From the NCBI GenBank assembly GCA_040954595.2, contig CM082588.2:8788844-8852843 (forward strand): a stretch of 64,000 nt of DNA, read 5' to 3'. This DNA comes from Balanoglossus misakiensis. Lineage: Eukaryota > Animalia > Hemichordata. Both the position numbers and the translations under genes were made by a program. Position 1 is the first letter of the stretch. Each line of letters opens with the position of its first letter. The notes below the pieces were generated by a model, which was given only the letters and a program-made list of their open reading frames with translations, had not been told where the DNA came from and made no database searches. Positions 1-9,994 of the stretch are shown here, piece by piece.

Positions 1-1680
1 ACATTTTAGTGTTGTACATGTTGTTTGACTGAAAAATACTTACCGCAGGTATTGACATTATTCATTTTTGCAGATAACAGTTTCTCTGATGATCAACATC
101 TGCCAACCACCATGTGGATCTGTGCATGCATGTTAAGCAGCCATGCAGATTTTGAAGGTAACATTAAAGCTGCAATCAACGTTAGCTGGCCATGTGGTAC
201 ATTTATTCTAATATGACTTGATATGATATCAATTTCATTAAAACTTGGTACTTAGACAATGTGACAGCAATGTAGGATCACATTGATGGCCACAAAAAGC
301 CAAGTTTTCTCCACACGTTCACGGATTACAGAATAGCGTCTTGAATTGTCCATGGCAACCGGAGATCATTTGTCTGGATACATTTTACTAAATTCTTTAT
401 TGTTGTGTTGTTTGACTAAAAATACTTATTGATATAATTTTCATTTTTTTTGCAGGTAACAGTTTCTCTCTCTGATGATCAACATTTCACAACCACCATG
501 TAGATCTGTGCTTGTCTGTCAAGCAACCTCGCAGATTTTGAAGGTAACATTTAAACTGCAAACAAGGTTAGCTGGGCATGTGGTACATTTATTCTAATAT
601 TAAATTGACTGCAATTTGATCATTAAAAATTGGGCAATCATAGAAAATGTACTGTGACATACATATGCACAGCCATTTATTTTGCAACTTGATCCAGTAT
701 GGCTACAAAAAGCTAAGATTTCTTTGTACCAATGGCGTCTTGTATTGTTCATGATGACAGCCGATGAACTGTCCAGAGCTGCATTATATTGTTGTGTTGT
801 TTGACTGAAAAATACTTACCGCAGATAATGACATTATTCATTTTTGCAGATAACAGTTTCTCTGATGATCACCATCTGCCAACCATCATGAAGATAATTT
901 GTGCATGTCTGTCAAGCAGCCATGCAGATTCCGAAGGTAACAATTAAAGCTGCAAACAGCATTAGCGGGGCATGTGGTTCAATTATTCTAATATGACTTG
1001 ACCTCAATTTCATTGAAACTTGGTACATAGACAATGTGGCATACATGTGGACAGCAATTATTGGTCATAATTACAGCCACAAAAAGCTTAGATTTCTTCA
1101 TACGTTTACACACAACAGAATGGTGTCTTGTATTGTCCATGGCAACAAGAGATGATCTGTCCAGAGATACATTTTAGTGTCGTATGTGTTGTTTGACTGA
1201 AACATACTTACCACAGGTATTGACATTATTCATTTTTGCAGATAACAGTTTCTCTGATGATCAACACCTGCCAACCACCACGTGTATCTGTGCATGTCTG
1301 TAAAGAAGCCACCCAATGTAACATCCAAGCTGCAAACAACGTTAGCTGGGCATGGGTAAAATTATTCTTGTATGACTTGACATCAATTTCGTTAAAACTT
1401 GGTACATAGACAATGTGACATCAATTTAGGGTCATATTTATGGCCACAAAAAGCTAAGATTTCTCCCATACATTCATGCATAACAGAATGGTGTCTTGTA
1501 TTGTCCATGGCAACAGGAGATGATCTGTCCATGTGGTGGTGTTTGACTGAAAAATACTTACCGCAGGTATTGACATTATTCATTTTTGCAGATAACAGTT
1601 TCTCTGATGATCACCATCTACCAACCATTATGTGGATCTGTGCATGCCTGTCAAGTAGCCATGCAGATTTTGAAGGTAAC
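1..1680 (+). repeat. Diverged tandem repeat, ~350-395 bp unit, 4+ units (begins before the window)
   Basis: The motif tttgactgaaaaatacttaccgcaggtattgacattattcatttttgcagataacagtttctctgatgatc recurs five times. Cassette starts are at 74, 456, 850, 1242 and 1592 (periods 382, 394, 392, 350). Confidence 0.95.
74..1675 (+). other. Five tandem exon-like cassettes (74-157, 456-543, 850-936, 1242-1317, 1592-1675)
   Basis: Each is bounded by ttttgcag| and |gtaac. Copies 1, 3 and 5 are 84/87/84 bp and open in phase 1 (e.g. DNSFSDDHHLPTIMWICACLSSSHADFE). Copies 2 and 4 have indels and stops. The peptide is not recognised. Confidence 0.45.
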
Positions 1681-4140
1681 TTGAGATAAATGTTAGTCTT
1701 CTCCAGCATCAGTAGCCCCAATGGATGACAGCATAGAATAATATTGCTCATTTTGGATGGCAGCTAGTACCGGTATATGACTGACGTCCATGAAGACCAG
1801 AGATCATCTTTGTCCATCAGTTTTACCATTGTGCTGCTACACAAAGTACTGTTTGGCATGTTTTGAAACAGACCAAAATACTTAAAAAGAAAAGTCTCTC
1901 TCTCTGCCCTTTTCCCATTAATTATGTTTGATACAAGACACTGTGTAATATTTTACATGTACCATATAGTGAATCAACGTTTGACCACACACAACTTCCA
2001 TCCCGTTTGTAGACACGAGAGTAAAAAACTGGCCAAAATGTATAATCAATGTTTACCATTTATTCGAGCCTGAGCTTCAAATGATATGCGTAAGTGTGTG
2101 TTGCCGTCCGGTGCTGAAAAATGTAAATGTGGTCGCCCACAACTCACTGAGCACAGGGAACATACTGCAGGTCAGATATTTTCACAGAAGTTCAACATTG
2201 GGATAGAATCAAACACTCCTTGGTGTTGGAAAATCACGGTTGGGTCGCAGGTTCCTGGTGGTGGTAGGTAACGTCTTGTGTGTGTGTGTGCGCGCATACC
2301 GGTATATGTACATGTATTGTGTACATAGGACGTTCACCTACATGTACTCAGATTCTGTGATTTGTAATAAAACATGTCCAAGTGAAATCAGAGCGAGGTA
2401 CGGAACTTCATCTCCATGGAATTCTCAAATAATTGACTCATGCTGATGTTTCAAGTTGGACTTCACATGGTGAATTTATACTTCTTGCTGAGATGGGTTC
2501 AAAATTGCGGCTGGTTCAAATCGCGGGTAGGGCCAGATGTAAATAATGTATAATGGCGTAAAGAGCAATTACCTTGGTTCGCGGTATTCTTCAAGCCATG
2601 TGTGGTCATGATGTGAGTTACTTCTTGATGTGGAGTGCGTATTTAATGGATTTTGACATGGAAAAAGAGAGACTTTGTCCCTTTAATGTTATCATGCAGT
2701 CAGACTTGCCTGAACCGATTCTATTCTGACTTCACGCAAGGATGTCATTCAATTAAACTTGTAATGGATTAGTATTCAGGGCCTGAACATTTCATTATTT
2801 TTTAACTGGGCCCAAGACTAGTGACCTGTTTTTTTCCACTGGTCCCCCCTCCCCCCCAGCAAATATTGTTGATTCCGCTATGAACATTTACATGGATGCA
2901 TTTACGTAGTGGAGTTCTTGTTCTGTAGACTCTCACATGTTCTGCGGTAGTACTGCCCGCTTTCAGTGAGTTGACTTTGACATTAGTATGAGGGCACTTA
3001 ATTTATTTGCCATGTGAGGAAACTGTGTACACTATAGGCAGTACATTGTATTGCCCTTCGTGGACCCATGGCCATGTATCAACCAGTAGGGACCTAATCA
3101 TCGACAATGACAAGTCATCCATGATTGTTAGCTCATTTTCTCCAGTCTTGAAATTTACTGTACTTGTCTGGCTGTCAAGGGGCACAAACAAGCATACTAC
3201 ATGATTGGATGTTGTCGCATTCTGGGGCTAAACCCCTTGTGAGTGTTTAACAGGAGCACTGTTTCGTTTCTGTGTGACACGTGTCTTAGTTTCTATTATA
3301 AATCAATACAAGGTAAGTGTCATGTGCTCTTTGTGTTTATAGGAAAGAAGAGGATACATGGATGGATTCAAAAGCTGTTGCATCAGATGTCCAGAAGTTT
3401 CCTCGGACTGACGACTGTCTTTTTACTGACTTTGTCTGATTTCATAGTTATTTCAAGAACAGAACTTCTCCCTGTGGTTGAAATTGAACATTGATCAATC
3501 CCTACCTCAGTTGTATGATCCGTATTAGAAATGTAATATTCTGATAGTATTTTTTTGGTAATTTTGTCACAGAGTTGTTTCAGAGAGAGAGAGAGGCAGC
3601 AGGTTAAAATTCAATTGCAATGTGTACATTTCAGTATTATTGAAATAGAATGTTTTCTAATAAATCCCAGTGTATTGCTTTATATTACAGTCCTAAATTA
3701 TCACTACAATTTGTTCAGCATAACCTGAAGGTTGTTGGGTCATCTAGGCACAATAAGCATTGCACGTAACAAGCACTGTGTAAAAAGCACTACATGTAAT
3801 TAATTGCACTGGATTCAGCAGCCTTCAGGTGTTTACCATTGAACCTATACAATATATAATATTATTGCACCCACTTACACAGAAAAGGTAAAATGGTAAA
3901 CAAATAAAATGAAATGACAGCATTATTCCTGTTTTTGGTACAACACTTTTGTGAAACAGTTGTGTTTAGAAAGCAAACATGACAATGAAAAGTAAAAGAC
4001 CATTGCATATTGCTTGACTTGCTCTCTCGATTAGCTTCAATTGTTAGTTTTCCCTTTACTGTACTTAATATAGGCATGATTTTCTAGTATTGTACATTTT
4101 GAATGTATGATTTGGTAATGTGAAAGAATTAGAGGTTTAG

Positions 4141-4790
4141 TAGCAATATGATACAGAATTGGCACTCGTAGGAGTTTTTCGTAGCCAATTCTTGTGTCAA
4201 TTCTTTGTTGGCCAAGATCTCTAAAACTGCAGCAAGTACACTTCTCAAACTTGCCAGAGTGGTCGGGGTCGATGAGTGATCATCCATTGAACCTCAAATT
4301 TTTAATTAGTCACATGACCTGGCAGCCATATTGGATTTTTTTAACATCTTAAGATGACTTCTCAAAAACTGCAGGGCCAATCAAGTTCAAATTTGGCAAT
4401 GACCTTTGACCTACATTTAAACATGTCATTAATTTTCTGCAAATCTAATTGCAGGCTAACAAATAAGGTTAGAGGTTTAGTTTATGATGCATATTGACCA
4501 GAATGGAACTAAAATTTGATGAAAAATTTCAGGACCCTATTGACCTCAGATGACCTCATTAAATATGTACATGTACATATCTAATTCTAGGCTTACCAGT
4601 ACAGCTGATGATGCAGTTTTTTATTAACATGCACTACTGAGGGACTAAATTTGACCGAATATTTCAGGACCTCCATTGACCTATGTTGACCTCATTATTT
4701 TGAGCATACCAAATTCTAGGCTAACCAATGGTCTCGATTTTGTTGCAAATTGATGATACCAGTATACTGCTTGCAGGTGTAATTTTTTGT
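4141..4790. mobile_element. Probable non-autonomous Helentron/HINE-like element with internal ~135-bp tandem repeats
   Basis: Left end: tagcaatat followed by the inverted repeat agaattggc...gccaattct. Internal repeats: tttcaggacc...gacctcatt at ~4527 and ~4662. Right end: atactgct, a ctgc-tt-gcag hairpin, then a T-run. Family assignment is by architecture only. Confidence 0.4.
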
Positions 4791-5131
4791 TTGTTTGTTT
4801 GTTTGTTTTGTCTTTGTATATACCTATGTATTTATTTTTTTTGCTTGTCCATTCATTCATTCATTCATTCATTCATTCATTCATTCATTTTCGCATCCAT
4901 CCATCCATCCATTCATTCATTCATTCATTTTTTGTATATTTACTTTGTATGTGTATGTATACATGTACCTCGGTATGTATGTATGTATGTATGTACGTGT
5001 GTGTATGTATGTACGTATGTGTTTGTATGTATGTATGCATGTATGTATGTATGTATGTATGTATGTATGTATGTATGTATGTACATGTATGTATGTATCT
5101 ATGTATCTATGTATGTTTGTTTGTTTGTTTG
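4787..5131. repeat. Compound microsatellite (TTTG)n-(ATTC)n-(ATCC)n-(ATTC)n-(TATG)n-(TTTG)n
   Basis: Directly visible tetranucleotide runs; these explain the low-complexity ORFs at 4728-5181. Confidence 0.97.
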
Positions 5132-5200
5132 TGATGCAAGATATTTTCATTCTGTGCAGCATCTTGATGAGCAGTGACTAAACTTGACACTGCTTAATTG

Positions 5201-5520
5201 TTTGTGTCTGGGAGTTTTGTGGTTGTTTTGATTGTCTCAGACGTCAGTAGTTGTATTTTTAATGTGTATTTGAATTTTTATGATGTTTTTTCGTGGAGAG
5301 ACACCAATTTTTGTGTGTCTGGGAGTTTGGTGGTTGTTTTGATTGTCTCAGACGTCATTGTATCAGGTATATGCATGTGATTGCCATGGTTGTATTTTTC
5401 AATGTGTATTTTGATTTTTCATGACTTCTTGGGTGTCTGGGAGTCCTGTGGCTGTATACTGGCATATGTGACTGCCATGGTTGTACATCTATTGTGCTTT
5501 CGTGATTTTGGGGTGTCTTA
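5201..5520. repeat. Degenerate ~90-120 bp tandem repeat
   Basis: gtgtctgggagttt..tggttgttttgattgtctcagacgtca occurs at ~5204 and ~5315, with a partial copy at ~5433. gtga(t/c)tgccatggttgta occurs at ~5378 and ~5468, and again at ~6294. Confidence 0.8.
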
Positions 5521-5540
5521 GGGTTGGGTTGTATATGACC

Positions 5541-6280
5541 TTTACCCTGTACCCTGGCCTGTCCACTGGCCTGTACCCTGTCTTTTACTCTGTACCCTGA
5601 CCTGGCCTGTCTCCTAGTCTGGTACCCTGTACCCTGACCTGTCCAAATGGACCTGTCTCCTGGTCTGTTACCCTGTACCCTGACCTGTCCAAATGGGCCT
5701 GTCTCCTGGTCTGTTACCCTGTACCCTGACCTGTCCAAATGGGCCTGTCTTCTGGTCTTTTACCCTGTACCCTGGCCTGGCCCATCTCCTGGTCTGTTAC
5801 CCTGTACCGTGACTTGTCCAAATAGGCCTGTCTCCTGGTCTGTTACCCTGTGCCCTGACCTGGCCTGTCTCCTGGTCTGTTACCCTGTACCATGACTTGT
5901 CCAAATAGGCCTGTCTCCTGGTCTTTTACCCTGTACCCTGACCTGACCTGTCTCCTGGTCTGTTACCCTGTACCCTGACCTGTCCAAATGGGCCTGTCTC
6001 CTGGTCTTTTACCCTGTACCCTGGCCTGTCTCCTGGTCTTTTACCCTGTACCCTGACCTGGCCTGTCTCCTGGTCTGTTACCCTGTACCCTGACCTGTCC
6101 AAATGGGCCTGTCTCTTGGTCTTTTACCCTGTACCCTGGCCTGTCTCCTGGTCTTTTACCCTGTACCCTGACCTGACCTGTCTCCTGGTCTGTTACCCTG
6201 AACCCTGACCTGTCCATATGGGTCTGTCTCCTGGTCTATTACCCTGTACCCTGGCCTGTCCAAATGGTCATGTACCCTGT
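5541..6280. repeat. C/T-rich minisatellite, 46-bp unit with shorter deletion variants
   Basis: Unit ttaccctgtaccctgacctgtccaaatgggcctgtctcctggtctg; gtccaaat at 5641, 5687 and 5733 gives a 46-bp period. Built from CCTG sub-motifs. Confidence 0.95.
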
Positions 6281-6564
6281 CTTTTTGGCATCTGTGATTG
6301 CCATGGTTATATTTTTGAATTCATATTTGAATTTTCCTGATTCTCTGCATGACCGGGTTGTATTTGGTTGTCTGATGGAGCTGGTTCACCGCACTTGCAG
6401 AAGAAGTCCGAAGATTGCTGTCCCTCTTCAAGCAAATGATGTCTTTGCGCGCGTCTCCTGCTTTCTAGAATGTACTTTCCCATGTTATAAATAAAGAATG
6501 TGTATGTGTGTGTATGATCATTTTAACATTAATCTCTGAGTCCTTTTTCCTTTTTTAGGGTTCG

Positions 6565-7725
6565 TCTTCAATGAATTTTTTCCAATGGCTATAACAGATG
6601 AGAAGGGTTCAATTGCTATATGTTTTGATACTACCATATGTGCGACATGACTAACTTGATTTGATTATGGAAAAAAAATTGCAATAGATCCTTCAAGTCC
6701 AGTATAGTTTCCTGGGATCAGTTCATAAGTTGTTTTCACATGTGTGTGTAGTATTCAACAGTTAGATATACCGGTATATATTTTATTTTTCACGTTTTAT
6801 GATTTTGCTTTTGCTTGACATTTTTAAAACATTATTTACACATTGTTGCATGCATATGCATCATGTGAATCTTTATTGTGTTTTGAATTTTGCTGACCAT
6901 TTTCTTTATAAAAACATAAATAATGTGTTTTTGTAAGCCATATAGGCATAATGTTTACTTAATTTGGGGTGGGGGTGGAGCATAATAGCAGTGAATTCGC
7001 TCAAAAATTGAATAGTATCAAGCTCATGCAATATGGCTTACAGGCAACACATTATTTGTACTTTTTGAACAATAAACTTTACATTATGCTATTTATTTAT
7101 TTTTCAAAAGTTTTCTATATTTTATACACTTGCAGTTTTCGGTTATTTTTCATTTGAACATTCATCTTTATGTCCTTTTTCCCTCAATGTTTCGAGGGCT
7201 TTAATGAAACTTTTTCTAATGGCTACATTAGATAAGGTTTCACTTTGTTTTTGCTTGACATTGTCAAGAGTTTATTATTTGTGGAACAGTTTTGATGTGA
7301 GATTTCAACATTTATCTCAGTGTTAACATCATTTCTCCCAATTTGTGGGATCTTTAATGAAGTTTTTCCAGTGGCTATAACAGATGAGAAGGTTTCAATT
7401 TGCAATATATTTGAGAATACCGTATGCATTGCATGGATAACCTGATTTGATGATGAAAAACAATTGCAATAGATCCTTCAAGTCCAGTATAGTTTCCTGG
7501 GATCAGTTCATTAGTCGCTTTTTCCAATGACGACATCAGACGAAGTTTTAATTTGCTGAGTTAGTGAAGATTTCAACTTTCATCTCAGTGCAGTCCATCT
7601 CTTTTCCCCAATTTGGGGGATCTTCAATGAAGTTTTCCCAAAAGCTGTAACTGATGAGGTTTCCTTCAAGTATATCTCTTCAAGTCCAGCATAGTTTCCA
7701 GCGATCAGTACATTAGTCACTTTTC
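6565..7725. repeat. Dispersed, diverged direct repeats (~100-170 bp blocks)
   Basis: The block aatga..ttttcca.tggctataacagatgagaagg...gcaatagatccttcaagtccagtatagtttcctgggatcagttcat occurs at ~6565-6730 and ~7351-7515. Shorter copies lie at ~7200 and ~7621-7720. Confidence 0.85.
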
Positions 7726-7790
7726 ACACAACTTGTGTCTTCAGTGTTCAACAGTTTTGATATTTATCCTTTTTGTTCTTCCTATTTTAA

Positions 7791-7974
7791 AGCTATACGG
7801 TCACCTATGCAAATTTAGCTATAGTTACCATGGTAAATTGAGATCTAGCCAATCACAAATTTTCAGTGGGTGGCACACGTGAAAAAAGAGCGCCACCATA
7901 TGTTCTTTAGAACGCTAAAATACTCCATTTCACCCATATATGGGCGTATGTAAAATGGAGGTGACTGTATACCT
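7791..7974. mobile_element. 184-bp MITE with TTAA target-site duplication (Kolobok-like)
   Basis: TTAA|agctatacggtcacct ... aggtgactgtatacct|TTAA gives a 14/16 TIR match. A TTAA TSD with purine-purine termini fits Kolobok rather than piggyBac. Confidence 0.8.
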
Positions 7975-8619
7975 TTAATGTGAAATTTATGATTTTGCAC
8001 TTACCATTGTAAAGTGCTTATATAAATGAAACATAGTTTGGATTAGATTTATTCTTCAATACAATTATTTCCACTACCTGTAACATTTGATAACTTTTTC
8101 AGTAATCATGAGTAACAATGTTCTACATGTATACTGAAAGTTACAAGTAGTAGCTCTTTAATTATTATACAGAACAGTATACCACCAAACCTTTTATGAT
8201 TTTCTGAGAACACATTATTTATTCAGTGACACACTATTAATATTTGTCAGTTTTACCTGAAATTTTCAATGCAAAATATTCTTTGATATTGTAAAATTAT
8301 CAATATTTCCAGATTAGCAGATGCCAGATTAGCATGTTCATTTGAAAGTTAGGTTTTCAGAAGGCATTTAATTTAAAATACAATTGTCTGTAAACTTTAT
8401 GAATCTGCAGTCACCTACGCTTTCCCAGAACAATTTTTCCCTATCATGAAATAGGTTTTTTTCCTGGGTTTTAGTGCGGGGTGAATTTTCACTTTGTGAA
8501 GTTCTGACTCTGTTAATAAAACGAAAATGAACAATTAGATTAGTTGCAGTCTGTTTTTTTTGCAATATGTTGCAGTCTCAATGTGTCAAATGCAAGTAGT
8601 AGGAAATAACGTCAATCAG

Positions 8620-8690
8620 TAGTCTTGGTTACCCAGAGCACTCTGCTTCTTCCGTTGGGCACTCCAGAAAGAGGGTCTGGGGAAATACTA
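8620..8690. mobile_element. Academ-like terminal stem-loop (TAGT...ACTA), probably a relic or element end
   Basis: tagtcttggttacccagagcactct is an imperfect inverted repeat of agagggtctggggaaatacta. The TAG terminus style matches the insertion at 21639. No TSD found. Confidence 0.4.
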
Positions 8691-8870
8691 TAGAAAATGA
8701 ATAACAGTCGAATGCATCTTCAGAATTAACCCCGTTCATAAGTCTAGCGCCCTCAGGCAGTCGTCCTGAATTGCACTCAAAGCGAGGCCATTGGGAAAAC
8801 CCTCTTGAGGGGTTGACAACTCACGAAAAGGGTGTATCGACAGACATATACACAAATATGTGTATAGCTT

Positions 8871-9041
8871 CTATTTCTTTGAAAGTTGGTCTCCAAGAAC
8901 CAGAAGGACACGCCTAGCTACAGCTGGGGAGTCCAGCTGAAACTGCTCTGCTAATCCTACGTCCATTCGAGCTGAACGAATAGCCTCTTTCAATGCAAGG
9001 AACGCAGAGTTTGCCAGTACAACTGCTTGTTCACCAATACC
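8871..9041 (-). CDS. xdh: Terminal coding exon of a xanthine dehydrogenase/aldehyde oxidase family molybdoflavoenzyme
   Basis: Minus-strand translation is GIGEQAVVLANSAFLALKEAIRSARMDVGLAEQFQLDSPAVARRVLLVLGDQLSKK* (171 nt). This matches the XDH/AOX C-terminus (SK-AVGEPPLFLA..VFFAIKDAI.AAR...GL...F.LDSPAT). It is preceded by a phase-0 acceptor ttttcaaaag| exactly where the conserved SK/xxGE junction falls. XDH versus AOX cannot be resolved from this exon. Confidence 0.88.
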   Translation of the reverse strand, partial: GIGEQAVVLANSAFLALKEAIRSARMDVGLAEQFQLDSPAVARRVLLVLGDQLSKK

Positions 9042-9342
9042 CTTTTGAAAATAATCAAATGTATAATCACTAACATTTTATGATAATCAGAAACTCTCAA
9101 TAGGTTATATTGAGATGCAATATGATTGAAACCAGAGTGAAATTCTTTTCTCACCAGAATGAAGACATTGCAAGTACAATGTACAAGTAAAAATAAATAA
9201 GGATGTCAATAAGTAAATAAATGATCGAAGCGCCTTTAAAGGGGCAATTTTCAATCCCTGGTGCTCGCATTAGCTCTATGAGTTAAATTTTCAACAATTC
9301 TCAAGATATTTGTGTGCGTTTTGCTCCGAAAGTAAATACAAG

Positions 9343-9994
9343 GTGATTTTAAGTTTACAATTATTTAATGTGCATGAAGAACCATTTCGGAATAATATTT
9401 GAAATGGGCAGTTTTCATAATTTGCATAAATTCAATATGGTGAACAGAATTCCTAGAAAACCATATTTGGATTATTACATAAATGCTAGAACCTTAATAT
9501 ATATGCCGGAGTATGATAAGCAGTCGAACATTCATTTGGCGGCCATATTGGATTTATGGAACATATAAAGTGCAAATGTAAACAAAATATTTTCAAAATT
9601 GTTCCAAATGTCATAGAGGTAATTTTGAATTCAAAAACACTAAAATAGCTTACTAAGTATCCGATATACTGCCGAAATATGTGTTTTTAAGGAATACTGT
9701 CCGCCATATTGAGTTTATGCAAATCATGAAAACTGCCAATGCCAAATATTATTCCAAAATGGTTCTTCATGCACATTAAATAATTTTAAACTTAAAAATC
9801 ACGGAAAAATCATGTTTATTTCTTGACATTTTGCCCAAAATTTTCAATATTAAATTTATGCAAATTAGACATATTTCCACAAGGTGGATTCTGGTGCATT
9901 TTAATTTGTTGTTCTAGGCACCTCTCCTATGCATTTTGAAGAAAAAAATTATGTTGCAATTTGTGGTGGGTCTAGCTCTATATTGACTAGACTA
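9343..9994. mobile_element. Truncated non-autonomous DNA transposon with an internal ~125-bp inverted repeat and a TAGTCTAGTCAAT-type (Academ-like) terminus
   Basis: Arms 9343-9467 and 9676-9802 are closely matching reverse complements. The right end is ...attgactagacta (9994); a matching left terminus was not found. Confidence 0.55.

Noticed and set aside
25-100. Hammerhead ribozyme (GAAA ... CTGATGA in the left tandem repeat)
   Set aside because: Stem III does not end in the required U-H cleavage site, and stems I and II do not pair properly around the core.
2496-2530. Two GGTTCAAA B-box-like motifs
   Set aside because: A short local duplication with no A-box or cloverleaf.
2777-2860. CAGGGC-starting possible hAT MITE end
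   Set aside because: No matching opposite TIR or 8-bp TSD found.
4728-5895. Longest ORFs in the track (115-149 aa) and neighbours
   Set aside because: These are translations of tetranucleotide microsatellites and the 46-bp minisatellite.
6264-6494. 76-aa ORF ending at AATAAA as a possible terminal exon
   Set aside because: No recognisable homology and no clear acceptor; it starts within repeat sequence.
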